A stretch of DNA of 64,000 bases from Epiperipatus broadwayi (lineage: Eukaryota > Animalia > Onychophora): assembly GCA_028023455.1 (NCBI GenBank), contig JAQFVV010000006.1:15562001-15626000 (forward strand), in the 5' to 3' direction. Of this stretch, positions 40,509-53,936 are shown one piece after another. Numbering within the stretch: the stretch's first letter is position 1; every line of letters begins with the position of its first letter. The position numbers and the translations under genes are program-made. The notes beneath the pieces are model-generated. The model saw only the letters and a list, made by a program, of their open reading frames with translations. It had not been told where the DNA came from and did not search any database.

Positions 40509-43269
40509 TGCCCAGACTGCATATAAATTCCAATAGTATCTTTAAAACCTATATTTAATATTATTTTGCGTTCTAATTTTAAATATCACATCACGAATTT
40601 TGTTTATTAGAAAGTTAAATGAGGGTTGGGAAGCTGAACAATAGTACTTCACTAATGCAACCCCATAGGGATACTTTAATGGTCTAAGTAATTAGGCAGT
40701 AAAAATAATAACAATTTTGGCAAGTTGGAGATGTTATCAATAGGGGAAAAGACTGTCTTGAAGTATTCACTTTATAACACTTTTTAATCTTAGTTGGTAA
40801 AAAATTATAATAAAAGAATTACTGCAGTCAGGATATCTGGAAATAATGTAACAAAAACAAATGTACTTGCAGCATCCTGCTGCAACTTTTAGATAGCAAA
40901 ATAGATAATAAATGCATCAGGTGTAGTGGTAGAAAATATGCTAATGGATTATTTCACTGCAAGGTAAGCCAGTAGGGGAGATTAATTTTATACTTGGCTA
41001 GTATAGATAGAGCAGGAATTTGGGGGATATATAATAATAATAATAATATAGTTAAGATCTTGTAAATCAGACTCTATGAGTGTGAAACCAAAATGGCAGA
41101 GTAGAGGTAGGTAGGGTGCTATTTTCTTATCTGGAGAATGATCATCATGCAGCTCGATACTATCTGCATACCTCCAGCTATAAGGTGCCCCTGACCTGTC
41201 ACTGCCACCAGTGACACCAGAAATGCAGTTGCTAATGCCAGAGAGAGTGCTATTGACACTGGAGTCAACAGAATGATGCAATTATAAATTAAAGATAGTT
41301 ATCCAGCGACATGAACTCCCATGAACATTTCATAACCATGATCAAAACCTTTAGGTGCACGAACCTTTCAATTGATTGACTATGGTAACTTTCCATTCTA
41401 AGAGCTCTTAAATGTTTCTCTGTAATTTCCCTAAGCTATAGCTAAATCTGTAACCAACTTCATCTGTATAACTTAAATTGTAATATATTCCTATAATTTT
41501 ATCTAAATTATATATATAATCTCAACCTATATAACTTGGCTAATCTATTCTTTAAACTATACTTTCAGGTCAGGGTAAATGCTCTTGAATTTTATTATTT
41601 CCTTTATATTTTGTTATGATAATATGCCTGTATAACCTTAACCTTCGACTGAGCGAGTGAATTTCATTCTCCTTATAACAAACATGCTGTTACATTTCCA
41701 GACAGGTTAATCATATAAATGGCAATTATTTCATGTCAAATCCGTTTTCTACTTGCTAGCTCAGATATTATTTTTCAAAATATATATATATATTTGTGGA
41801 TTCGGTGAATCTTTTGCGTTTATATAATAATAAATCCACCCATAATGATCTACCTATGTTATCTCATATATTTTTCATTAATTTTAAGTTAAAGTATAAT
41901 ATGTGGGATTATGTGTGAAATTATAACTATGGATATATTTTAAGCATGCATGACTAAACAGGTTTCTAAAAGCCTCTCATCATGCATTCATAACCATTTA
42001 GTTATTATTATTACAATGTTAAATGTGGTTACTGCCTTTAAATTATGTAATCCACCTTAATCTTTAAGCTAGTGAATATGTAGATTTGAAATCTTTTAGG
42101 ACTTAGGAATGTATTAAGTGTAACAGCATATAATGTGCTAAACTTTAAGAGCAAACTATTATTAATTATTATTATTATTATGCTTTATGCTTGTTGCAGA
42201 TATATAAATTTATTATGCTTTGCCAATCTTCTCAGACCATCCCCAAATCAGTAATGTTCCCATATCAGAGTGGACATGGAAGTCTCATCACATTCATGGA
42301 GTTACTGGGGTGAGATGCCAATCTAGTGACCATGCTTATTTGTGACAAACCCTTCACAGACAGATGGTAGTCCATCAGTCTAAATTTATATGTAGACAAA
42401 GCCTCATGGTTCCAATGCACCACCTTCCTATAAATGTTTGCATACATATTCTTCATCAGCACTATGGATTACTCATTAAGCTCTATATTTATCTATAACA
42501 TTTAGCTATCATATTACTTAATCCCTTATGACTTACGTATAGTTATGAATAATGAGTCTACTAATATTATTATGATTTTAAATTCATGTATACTATGTGA
42601 TTAGCTTAACAAATCTCATTAATAACATATATTACTTATAAATACATATAATTATGTCTATGGTTATAATGTTTGAATATCTCCCATCATTCACACTCAC
42701 ATCTATTAATCTGATTGAGTGACATTTCAATAAGACATATTTATCTATGATTTTATCCTCTATTTACCCACAAAAGTATAGAGCCTCAAATAATACAATA
42801 TTTCACCATAGTGAAATGGGGTGTATTATCTTTCGTATATATTTTTTCTAACCTTAAGCACTACGGTATTATATGTGTAATTGTATAATTAGCAAAGCCA
42901 ACCAATTAATGCATATATATTTATTTGACAATTATTAAATTTTGTATCAACTTATACCTATTGTTATTGTTACCTGTCTGCATGATCCATATCATACTCC
43001 ATCACCTTATTCAGGCAGTTTTAGAATTTATTAAAGGTCATGGTAGCAAACCTAGGGCAAGGCTCATTATTATTATGGATCTTTTCTTTTTCCCTGACCC
43101 CTAGAACTGGAAGGAAATTGTACTATTAGTAGCAGAAGGAGTGTTACTCATATAATGGAGATTATGGGAGCATGGGCAAATAGGTTAAGACTTAGTATTT
43201 TTTGGGGTGGCTTCCCCAGTCCAGGTATGCTAAGCTTATTGTATTCTGCTTGCACTCTCCATCTTGTTA

Positions 43270-43580
43270 ACAGAACATATGAACTGGACCATTACAATAT
43301 TTTGATGTCTTTGGTTTGTCAAAAACCACAGTCACATTATCCTATGGGTAGGATAGGTATAAACTATCAAAATACTACAGTGCTCTCAAATCCAAGGATC
43401 TCAGATGAAAACCACAAGCTAGAAACTACTCTGGGGATGTTAGCTGAGTAGGCACTAGATAGGGATATAATGCACAAGCCTTCCTGCATCCACTGATTAC
43501 AGAGGCTTGCATTTGGTGACACTATTATTTAGAATTTGGTACTATCATTAACAGCATTCATATGAAATAGTGACCATATG
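43270..43580. mobile_element. Family A rearranged pair (minus fragment, then plus copy)
   Basis: Plus HHR remnant ~43392-43440: ctCAGATGA aaac cacaa gcta GAAAC TA CTC tgggga. Confidence 0.75.
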
Positions 43581-43999
43581 ATGTTTTGAAAGTTTTTCAT
43601 CTTCTATATTATTTTGTAAATAATTATTGCTATATGAGATACCTGTTTTTTCTCTCTTATTTACATAATAACAATTTTGGAAAATTTTTACTATCTTTAT
43701 ATTATTTTTATTGTGCCTTCTATTGGATACAATTATATTTTACAGATTTGAAAAAGATTGTTAGATACTCAAAACTATCAGATAATTTATTAAAAAGCAT
43801 TGCAAAACTGTATATAAGTGAACTTTAAAGAGATTTGCCAAAATAATGAAACATTATTAAGCATTTTGATTTTAAATGATTTTTTTCTTTAAAAATTAGA
43901 ATTTTGGAGATATAAAAGATAATATGTCCAGAAACTCTGTTAATCAAGATGAATATTCTCTTCTTATATTATCATAAGCTATCTTTCAATTCATTACTT

Positions 44000-44520
44000 C
44001 TCTTCAATCAACTATTACCAAATTGTTACCATTTCTTTTTCTATCTACTATAGTATTCTCAGCTATATCACATATGGACTTCAAAAGTTTTTAATGATTT
44101 AAGATTAACATCACCATTTTTACCCATTATCAATTCTCCCCAAACATCTTTTCAAATTAAATCCATATTCTCTCAATCCATATCTTTTTTTCCATACCAC
44201 CCTGGAAAGCTTTCCTTCTTATATCATCCAGCCATCTCACACAAAGATTTTTTTAAAAGTCTTATACAATCTTTTGAAATCTGGTTTAACTTCACTTGTT
44301 CATATATTGTCATCTTTTCTTGTGACATTTGTTATAGTTTCATTCAACCTCTGAATTCTTTCAATGGTGTTAGTAATATCTTTTTATTCTTCTACCTGTG
44401 TTTGATTCCATTTCTTAGATATTAAATCCAGAAAATACTCATTGGATTCTTCACTAGTGGTCTAAAAATTTTGTAATGCTCTACTATTTAATGTCTGACT
44501 ATAATAATACTCATAAAAAG
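44000..44520 (-). mobile_element. RTE LINE 3' remnant
   Basis: Reverse-complement similarity to 11800-12220 (ccagccatctcac, ttctttcaat, tagtggtct). Confidence 0.55.
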
Positions 44521-44589
44521 CACTGATAAAATATATTTATTATAAATCTTAATCATTCAAGACAAATCATAGTAAACCAATAAACATTC

Positions 44590-45443
<854 letters not shown>

Positions 45444-45831
45444 GTATCGAATGTTTGGTGTGAGATATAAAGATTATGTATTTCTCATTAGTTGTCTAAG
45501 TCTAACGTCCATAAGTAAGCACTGGAAAACACATTTATTTATACATCTTCTTCAAGCATTATGATTTGTCCTGTGTGATCAGAAAATGATAAAGTAGTAT
45601 ATTAAAGAGCTAAACTGGATCAATTACTGGCCAAATAAAGATCAAAATTTTTCCAGTTGTATCAAGTGAATGGGATTTTGCATCTTACCAATCATATGGA
45701 TGCTCTAACATAAGGTTATTGGATTTTTTTTAATGAGTGGTTCTGCAATGAAAGTTTCATTAAATTACTTTAATATATATATAAAAAACAAAAACAAGTT
45801 AATCACGTAACCTGCTATCACTTGTTATTTA

Positions 45832-46135
45832 TGTTCAAAAGATGGCGCTTCACCAAAACCACCAAACAAGTGTAAGATTTGTTTTACATAAATGAAAAAA
45901 GAGTCAGAAATTCACGCTTGCAATCTGATAAAAACGTTTTGCATAAACACTTGAGAGTCAGTGTTTAGATCTAGTTTCTATACTCTATCCCCCACTGAGG
46001 AGAGCAAACCAGCTTGAAATCAGCTGATCTGGGAGTGAGCAAATGAAAGAGGTAGTTAATTTCTGACTCTTTTTTCGTTTATGTAAAACAAATCTTACAC
46101 TTGTTCGGTGGTTTTGGTGAAGCGCCATCTTTTGA

Positions 46136-46138
<3 letters not shown>
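45832..46138. mobile_element. 307-bp foldback element with 81-bp inverted arms and a central HHR
   Basis: 45832-45912 is the reverse complement of 46058-46138 with few mismatches. Confidence 0.85.
45981..46040 (+). ncRNA. Type I hammerhead ribozyme, third family
   Basis: CCCA CTGAGGA GAGC AAACCA GCTT GAAAT CAGCTG ATC/TGGG; palindromic stem III ATCAGCTGAT; predicted cut after 46029. Confidence 0.75.
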
Positions 46139-46173
<35 letters not shown>

Positions 46174-46429
46174 TATATCAGTGATCTGTGTAACATTTCA
46201 GATTCTTAGCACTTGAGGTAATAGATTGTGACCCAGTTCTGGTACTTCTAGTGCTCAAGATTCTTACAAACCTCATGCAATGGATATCTTTATTTGTTTT
46301 TCTTTGTGTGATTTTGGGCAGTGGGTAAAATGGAAGATTTTGGAGTTCAAATTTAATGGATTAGGGCCAATTCTCTCTTCTATTGATCAATTTTGAGCAC
46401 AAACCATTTCTTGCATCATTTTGGGTAAT

Positions 46430-47170
46430 GGTAGAATGACAGAATTTGAAACTTATCTTTTATGAATCAGGATCAATTCTATCACTCTTGATCAACTTAA
46501 AGGCTGACTTTGTCCAAATTTCTGCAGCTTTGGAACTCTAATGCTCAACTTAATGGCCAATATTGAAGTCCAAATTTCTGTAGACTTTGTAATTCAACTT
46601 TTATGGATAAAGATCAAACCTGTCATCTTTAGTGCTTGACTTAATGGCCAATATTGAAACTCAAATTTTTACAGATTGTGTAACTCACCTTTTATAAACC
46701 AGGCTCAATCCTGTCATTTGTAATGATCAATTTAATGACCAACATTAAAATTAAAATTTCTGTTGACTTTGAACTAATCTTTCATAAACTGGAATTAATC
46801 CTGTCATTTCTAAAGCTTGACTTAATGGCCAATATTGAAGTCCAAATTTCTGCAGACTTTGGAACTCAACTTTTATGAATAAGGGTCAAACCTGTCATCT
46901 CATGGCCAACATTGAAGTCAAAATTTCTGCACACTATAAACCAGGATCAAACAAGTTGTTTTTAATGCTCACTTAATGACCAACATTAAAGTCAAAATCT
47001 CTGAAGACTTTGAAACTCACCTTTTATAAATAAGATCTATCCTATCATTTCTAAGTGGTCATCTTAATGACCAACATTGAAGTCCAATTTTCTATAGACT
47101 TTGGAATTCAACCTTTTTTGAATAAGGATTAAACCTATCATTTTTACTGCTCGATTTAATGCCTGCATAC
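46430..47170. repeat. Degenerate ~90-bp minisatellite, ~8 units
   Basis: ttaatg(g/a)ccaa(t/c)att at 46550, 46641, 46732, 46822, 46973, 47063. Confidence 0.85.
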
Positions 47171-48129
47171 ATTTCTTGGATCAGGCTCAATTCTGATCCT
47201 TCAAGTCCTCAACTTTCCATGAACTCCTGAGTAATAAGCCACTCGGTTGCTTATTTTGTCTTCCATGATTTTAGGCAGTGGCAGATTTTATAGTTCACAT
47301 TCTACAGATAAGGACCAGTTGTGTCACTTCTAGCTGCTCGACATCTTATAAACTCCCAGCAATAAACTCGTTTGGTTTTTATTATTACATAAGTAAATCA
47401 TAACGTGAAATATATATGCGCGCCTTTGATTTTTTATTACTATTTTAATATTGCGATCATTAATTCTGTTAATAATAAATAATTTAAATTTTATTTTCCA
47501 AACACCGTGTCTAATAAGTAAATAAATTTTAGCTCATTTTTCTTAATTATTGTCATTTGAATATTTGTCAGCTTTTAATATTTCCATTAGCTTCTACACT
47601 GTATCAGCTAATGAGACACCGAGGATTAATTTAGATCGTAATAGTATTTAATTTTAATAGTAATTAGTGAAAAGAATTGAAAATGATGTTCTGAAAAATA
47701 AAATATATGATATTACTATTTTTTTTTTTTAAATTTTTAATTTTTTAAAATTAAAATTAACATCATTTGGGAATTGTAAAAAAAGTAACTACCCCGACCC
47801 CTTCCCCCCTCCTTTTTTTAAATATCTATTATTGGCTGGTAAATAAAATTAATTTTAATTAATTAATTCTAAATGAAGTTTTTTTTAAAAAAACTCTCTT
47901 TGGCTGTTTGAGAGGAAGAAAATATTAACCTAAGCTGAAAGTTTTTGGTGCTAAAACATCAGTTTTTGATGCTAAAACATCACTTGATCTTTTTTGCTAT
48001 GGATTTCACAATCCTTTATTTATATTTTTAATTATAATCATCGATCATCAGCAGCAACCATTCGTGAATAAGTATGGCTATTTCAACTTCAAGAAGGAAA
48101 CATAAAGACAAAAATTATAAATAATAATA

Positions 48130-48378
48130 AGTGGAGCTAGATTGGGTATATTGTCAGAAAAGATGATAATAAATGGACAGTTGAAATCTTAAACTGCATT
48201 CCAAGAGATTGTAGAAGACCGAGCAAGACACCACATATGAGATGGATTGAGAAAATAAAAAAGTTTTCTGGTATGTTGTGAAGAAAAAAGGCTAAAGAAC
48301 AGAGAAACTAGATTAACCTTGGAGCAACCTTCATCCTAAAGTGGATCAATAATGCCTTGAAAATAATGATGATGACAC
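48130..48378 (+). mobile_element. RTE LINE 3' end
   Basis: KWS*IGYIVRKDDNKWTVEILNCIPRDCRRPSKTPHMRWIEKI; (gat)n tail; same family as 11670-12230. Confidence 0.8.
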
Positions 48379-48379
48379 T

Positions 48380-49270
48380 AAAAATGAATTTTATAATGAT
48401 TATACAAACCAGTCCATGGATTACAAAAATGTCATCAGTTAGAACATTCTGTTTATTTGATATTTTGCAATGCTATCTATTAATTTCTGCAGCAAAGTTT
48501 TCTTTCTGAAATACTTCAATATCATATCTAACTGTAGCTCTCCAAATAATTCCACTCTCAGTCACATCTTCCCAATAGGACATAATCAATATTATACTTC
48601 TTTACAGTGTCTTTGAGATTATAATATAAACAAATAAAACTTCTATAAAAATCCAACAAAGATCTGACTTTACAATAATGGACTCTATAGTATCATATCC
48701 AATAAGATAAAGAACATATTGATCGACCTTATGGTCTTTTTATCATATTTTTAAATTTTTATATAGCATTCTTTAAATAAAAATTTTCTGATGCCTTTAT
48801 TTTATGCCAGTAGGTGACCATATCTCATGTCCATACAATAAATTAAATAAAACAACAATTCTATATAAGTTAATTTAATTGCAGTAGTTATTTTACAGTG
48901 ATGAAATACCCTATTCTTTAACTTGTTAAAGAGCAGTAGCATATTAGAGTCTGTGATGTGCCTCAACATCCAAGCCCAACAGCTAAACTAATCCACATTC
49001 TCAAGTTGATAACAATCCAAGCTAAAAATTGCTAATGATTTTTCTTCTATCACTAGCTGATAAAAGAATTTAGTTTTTTGAACATTAATTATGAAACCAA
49101 AGTCTTCACATATTGTATGTAAAACACTAAGTATATTCTGTAGATCATATTTTGAAATGTCAAGAATTGCTAATCATCAGTATACTATAAATCCAAGATC
49201 CAGGAAAAAGATGAAGTTCTTGTTTTTGATTTTAGTCATTTCAAATTAAAAATTTCACCATCAAACCTCT
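48380..49270 (-). mobile_element. Decayed RTE copy homologous to the fragmented 8240-11330 element
   Basis: Colinear anchors ttgatattttgcaat, aaatacttcaata, ttaacttgttaa, gctgataaa(a)gaatt, ttcaaattaaaaatt without the A/B insertions. Confidence 0.6.
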
Positions 49271-49425
49271 AATTAAACTATAAATAAATATATATAAATC
49301 ATATAGCATAATCTTTGTTATATTATAAATAAAGCAGATAACTATTTTTCTTAAATATTGTATACTGGACTTATATGTATAATAAAGAATACAAATGATG
49401 AGATTATATCCATGTAAACAGATAA

Positions 49426-50021
49426 CTGTTTTAAGCTATTATAGGTTAATGAGAAAACTTGTTTAGCCTCAGGATTGTCAATTAGTAGTAATTGATAGTT
49501 TCTTAGCAACATCAAGAGCTAAAAGTTATCTTTGTTTGCATGGATATAATCTCATTTCTATTCTTTATTATAATAACAATCCATGACAATATTTAATTCA
49601 ACATATATATATATATGTAATAATAAATAATTATAACTCATATTACATATAATTGAAATGCAATTAACTGCACCTTCTAATGAGTTATATAATGCAAACA
49701 AACTACTAAAACATTCCATAACTTTATCTGTTTTAAGCTATTATAGGTTAATGAGAAAACTAGTTTAGCCTCAGGATTGTCAATTAGTAGTAATTGATAG
49801 TTTCTTAGCAACATCAAAAGCTAAAAGTTATCTGTTTGCATGGATATAATCTCATTTCTATTCTTTATTATAATAACAATCCATGAAAATATTTAATTCA
49901 ACATATATATATCTGTAATAATAAATAATTATAACTCATATTACATATAATTGAAATGCATTTAACTGCACCTTTGAATGAGTTATGTAATGCAAACAAA
50001 CTACTAAAACATTCCATAACT
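49426..50021. repeat. Tandem duplication, period ~302 bp
   Basis: ctgttttaagctattatagg at 49426 and 49728. Confidence 0.9.
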
Positions 50022-50867
50022 CATTGAAAGTTGCATTTACTTTCATTTCAGTAACACAAATGTATTTATATATAAAAATTACATGGTAATAGCCCAAGCT
50101 TAGCAACACCAAGAATCTTCAATTGGTTGTCAAGGCAACATCTATGAATATATGTATATAAAATTGACTTTTCATTTCTAAGATTCATTTTAATTAAAAT
50201 CAGGAGATGTATCAAAAAAAATGGGAAATGCAATAGCTTTTTACATAATAAGTGTGTGGTAAATAAATATATTCTTTTCAAGTCCATTGTCTTATATTAA
50301 GTGTAGACAACTAAATTCTCCTGATTCAGATGATTGTAAGCATTTGAAAGGCTGTCCTGAATCACTTTAAAAATTATTTTATATACACAAATGTGCATAA
50401 TTACAAAAAAAATCTATTCAAATTTATTTAAAATATTCAAGTCCAAGTAAAACATATTTTGAAGTCAGAAGTTGTGTATAGTAAAGTGGACAGTAAATAA
50501 ATGGCAAACTGGATAATCAAAGTTTATTTATTGATTATCAACTGGTTAAAGTAAAAAAAACCTCAATTTGGTTCATTAAATGGTACTGTTGTTCTTAATG
50601 TTCCATATGGATTACTTTCCAAGTACAGTTTATTGACCAAAAAAATAGTACACAAGAAATTTTATATTTAGGGGCTTTCTTTATTGCTTACATATGACAT
50701 TTAAGTTTTTGTTGTTTTACATTGTTTTAAAAGATTATTAATAATAGCAAGTCTTTTAATCTTTCAAATTCACACAATATGTGATTAAAAACAAGTCCCT
50801 ATTTAGTGCCATCTACAGGCATTTTGAATAATCACTGTCTACCAAATATTAATGCTTTAAATTTCCA

Positions 50868-50910
50868 GCCTAATTGATGAAGGCAAAAGTCTGAAACTAG
50901 TCTATGTAGG
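50868..50910 (+). ncRNA. Hammerhead-like motif, fourth family, C3U
   Basis: CCTAA TTGATGA AGGC AAAA GTCT GAAAC TA GTC TATGTAGG; stem II AGGC:GTCT, ACTAGT palindrome. Confidence 0.55.
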
Positions 50911-51074
50911 AGAAATTAAATGCTCTAACATCATGTAATCACAGATTACTTAGGATTCCTATAGATGGCAATATGATTAGAAGTCAATTTTGCTTTAACA
51001 TTAATACATTATTATCAAAAACAAATTTTATTATGCATTTCTATAGTTGAGATTTTACTTCATTAGCTCTTAAA

Positions 51075-52135
51075 ATAAATTAATCTATATATGTGCTCTG
51101 CGCACAGATAATGAAGCTATTAATTGTCTATGAAATTATTAAAATTTACTGCCAAGTGCTTTCGGGACAGTTTATAGCCCCATATTCATGGCAACTTGTA
51201 TTCAATTGATAACTATAATATTAATACAAATTTTATGCAAATTTATATGTAGATGTTACATGGACCATTTTTGAGATAGGGAACTTCTGTTGATTGCTGA
51301 TGGGTCACTTGCAATGTAGTAAGCTTCCCTAACTTTACATTTGGTGTCGTTTGTTTCAGATCAAATGATAATGGCTGTGGTGGGTAGAAAAGCATGTCTA
51401 GGACACACTTATTCATCCATCAACAGAAAAGTCAACAAATTTTTCTATAAAATAAACCACAACCACTAGAAAGAAAACAAACTGAGAATCCTAATCCCAT
51501 ACATTCACTCAACAGTCAAAAGCCTCATTAATAAATTACCAAGTGACTTTGAAGTCGCTCTCCATTCACCTCTCAACACCAATAGACTGATAAATAACAC
51601 CAAAGACAGGATCAAATCTGAACTCATGCCTCAAGTTGTGTACAAAATCACCTGCCCCCAAAGAAATTGTATGCAACATATTATGGAGCGACCAAAACTA
51701 ACATTGCCACCAGAGTAGCTTAACATAAATACCTTTATAACAGAACCAAAACAAAGCTTGAAGGTAATTCGGTTTTTGTTGAGCATGAAAGAGCAACTGG
51801 ACGTGCTTTTCTACCCACCACAGCCAGTGTAATTTGCTCTGAAACAAACGACACCAAATGTAAAGTTAGGGAAGCTTACTACATCACAAGTGACCCATCA
51901 GTAATCAACAGAAGAGAGGCCTGCTTTTTCCTATTTCAAAAATGATCCATATAACATCTGCATATAAATTTGCATTGATATTATAGTTATTAATTGAATA
52001 CAAGTTGCCATGAATATGGGACTATAAACTGTCCTGAAAGTGTTTGGCGGTAAATTTTAATAATTTCATAGACAATTAATAGCTTCATTATCTGTGTGCA
52101 GAGCATATATGTATATATATATATATATATTAATT
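51075..52135 (+). mobile_element. 5'-truncated Penelope-like element with inverted 3'-end arm
   Basis: Plus 51480-51946: RILIPYIHSTVKSL...KDRIKSELMPQVVYKITCPQRNC(fs)ATYYGATKTNIATRVA*HK...SVFVEHERATG...VICSETNDTKCKVREAYYI...INRRE; 51075-51400 is the reverse complement of 51800-52135. Confidence 0.9.
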
Positions 52136-52319
52136 TATGCATTTCTATGTATGGATTCAACAAAAATTAACTCAAACATAGATATTTTGACTATCCCTCT
52201 TATGTAATAATGGAAAAAAATCAATAAGACCATACCTGTTGAATGGGTACAATTTCTGTATGCTCCTAGTAATGTAAATATACCTCGAAAGACAACATTT
52301 TATTACACAGAAGCAAAGC

Positions 52320-52780
52320 TCTAGCAGCCAATTTTTACCTTATTAGCTAACTATAATGCTTTGAGTACAAAATGAAGACAAAATAATGTTTTCAATTTGA
52401 GCTCATTAGCTTGGATAGTCATATAGGTCTGATCTCAGTTCAGTATCCATACTTTTTGGTGTTTTTGGTTCTTGAATAATCACAGTCACCATAATCATTT
52501 TGGGAAGAATTGGTATTAAAGCACTAAACATCACATGATCCCCATTTTTTATGCTTACACAAGCTGTCTACACAGAGGCAAAACTTTCCATACAGTAGGC
52601 CATTTTGTGCAAGCCAGAGTAATCAATGGATTTAGAAAAGTTTGTGTATAAAATTCCTGTCTAATGCCTACTCATCCAATATTCCCAGATTAGTTTCCAG
52701 CTGTTGGCTTTCATAAATGAGAAGCGTTGGATCTGAGAGCACTACATCTAGATCTTAGGATTCAATGCAATTCTCCAGCC
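52320..52780 (-). mobile_element. Family A monomer, circularly permuted
   Basis: Begins at agcagcc(a)tttt, passes the aaaact(c/t)tcc junction at ~52580 and ends at gcaattctccagc. Confidence 0.85.
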
Positions 52781-52929
52781 CAGTGAACAAGAACTCTACA
52801 ATGTTGCTATCAGCAAGAGAGAATACCAACATATAATAATTTATAATAATTCAAATCTATTTTAGGATTGAATGAAATCACTTGAATAACTTAATAGTTA
52901 TTAATTAGAAACTAACAATAAAATGAAAG

Positions 52930-53024
52930 GTCTTGCATGGGTGGTCGAGAGATCAGCGCAACTGCCTTGCACTTGCAGGCAGTTGCCTGGGTTGTGGGTT
53001 CATGTCCTGGCTGATGTTATGACA
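52930..53024 (+). mobile_element. Family C tRNA-like SINE
   Basis: GTGGTCGAGAG...GGGTTCATGTCC...gatgttatgaca. Confidence 0.6.
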
Positions 53025-53717
53025 CTTAAAAAAACAATAAAATGAAATGTCTGTAGAGTACACTATAAATATAAATACATCATTCTGATTTGGATTAAAA
53101 TAATACAAGAAAATGTGCTATTACATTGTAATTTAAATACATCTCAATAGGTTTACATAAAACACACCTTTATATAAGCACTCAGATGTGGTGTATAATA
53201 ATTTAAAATTGACATCTTTGAATTATCATAAACTAATAATAAAAATTCAATTTTTTAATACATTAATATTTAAACATATATGTAGTTGATGGGTAATTTT
53301 AATATATATAGATCTACATGTTATGTATTCAAATGTGTGTGCATACTGGTATTTCATTAGTTAAAAATAAACTTATTAAATGATATTATATTTTCACAGG
53401 ACATAATTCGATGTTGAAAAATAGACATAAAATTCACATGTATATGCATATTATTATTATTTGTTTACAAATCAAAGTAATTAATTAATTCATTATTTTT
53501 AATGATAAGTAAAAAAAAAATAATAATTTTTTTTTAAAAAAAATGTTACTTTTTTGTTAGTTCTTCATAAATTTTTTTTTCTTTCAGATTACTATTAATT
53601 GTAACCATCTTTAAAAATTTGCTAGCAATTTCTTTGGTTTTCTAATATAGGAAGATTTTTGGAGTTTTCCTTTTTTAATAAAATAAAACTGAAATGTATC
53701 TTAATTTTTTTTTCAAG

Positions 53718-53936
53718 TGTCAAAGCATCAGCAGGGAAGGGAACCCACGAACCTGGGACAACTGCTTGTAAGGCAGCCATGCTGACCACTCAGCAACCAA
53801 TGCTTGACAAATGTATCTTAATTTTAGTTGAATAATTTAGACAAAAGTTATTTACTTTTAAATCTTGTAACAGATGGCTGCTTTACAAGCAGTTGTCCTG
53901 GGTTAATGGGTTCGTTTCCCGACTGATGCTATGACA
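53718..53936. mobile_element. Divergent pair of family C SINEs (53718-53809 minus, 53875-53936 plus)
   Basis: Shared ggctgc(c/t)ttacaagcagttgtcc core and gatgct(t/a)tgaca ends. Confidence 0.7.

Noticed and set aside
46430-47170. CRISPR-like array
   Set aside because: Eukaryotic context; whole units are homologous with no unique spacers; no cas genes
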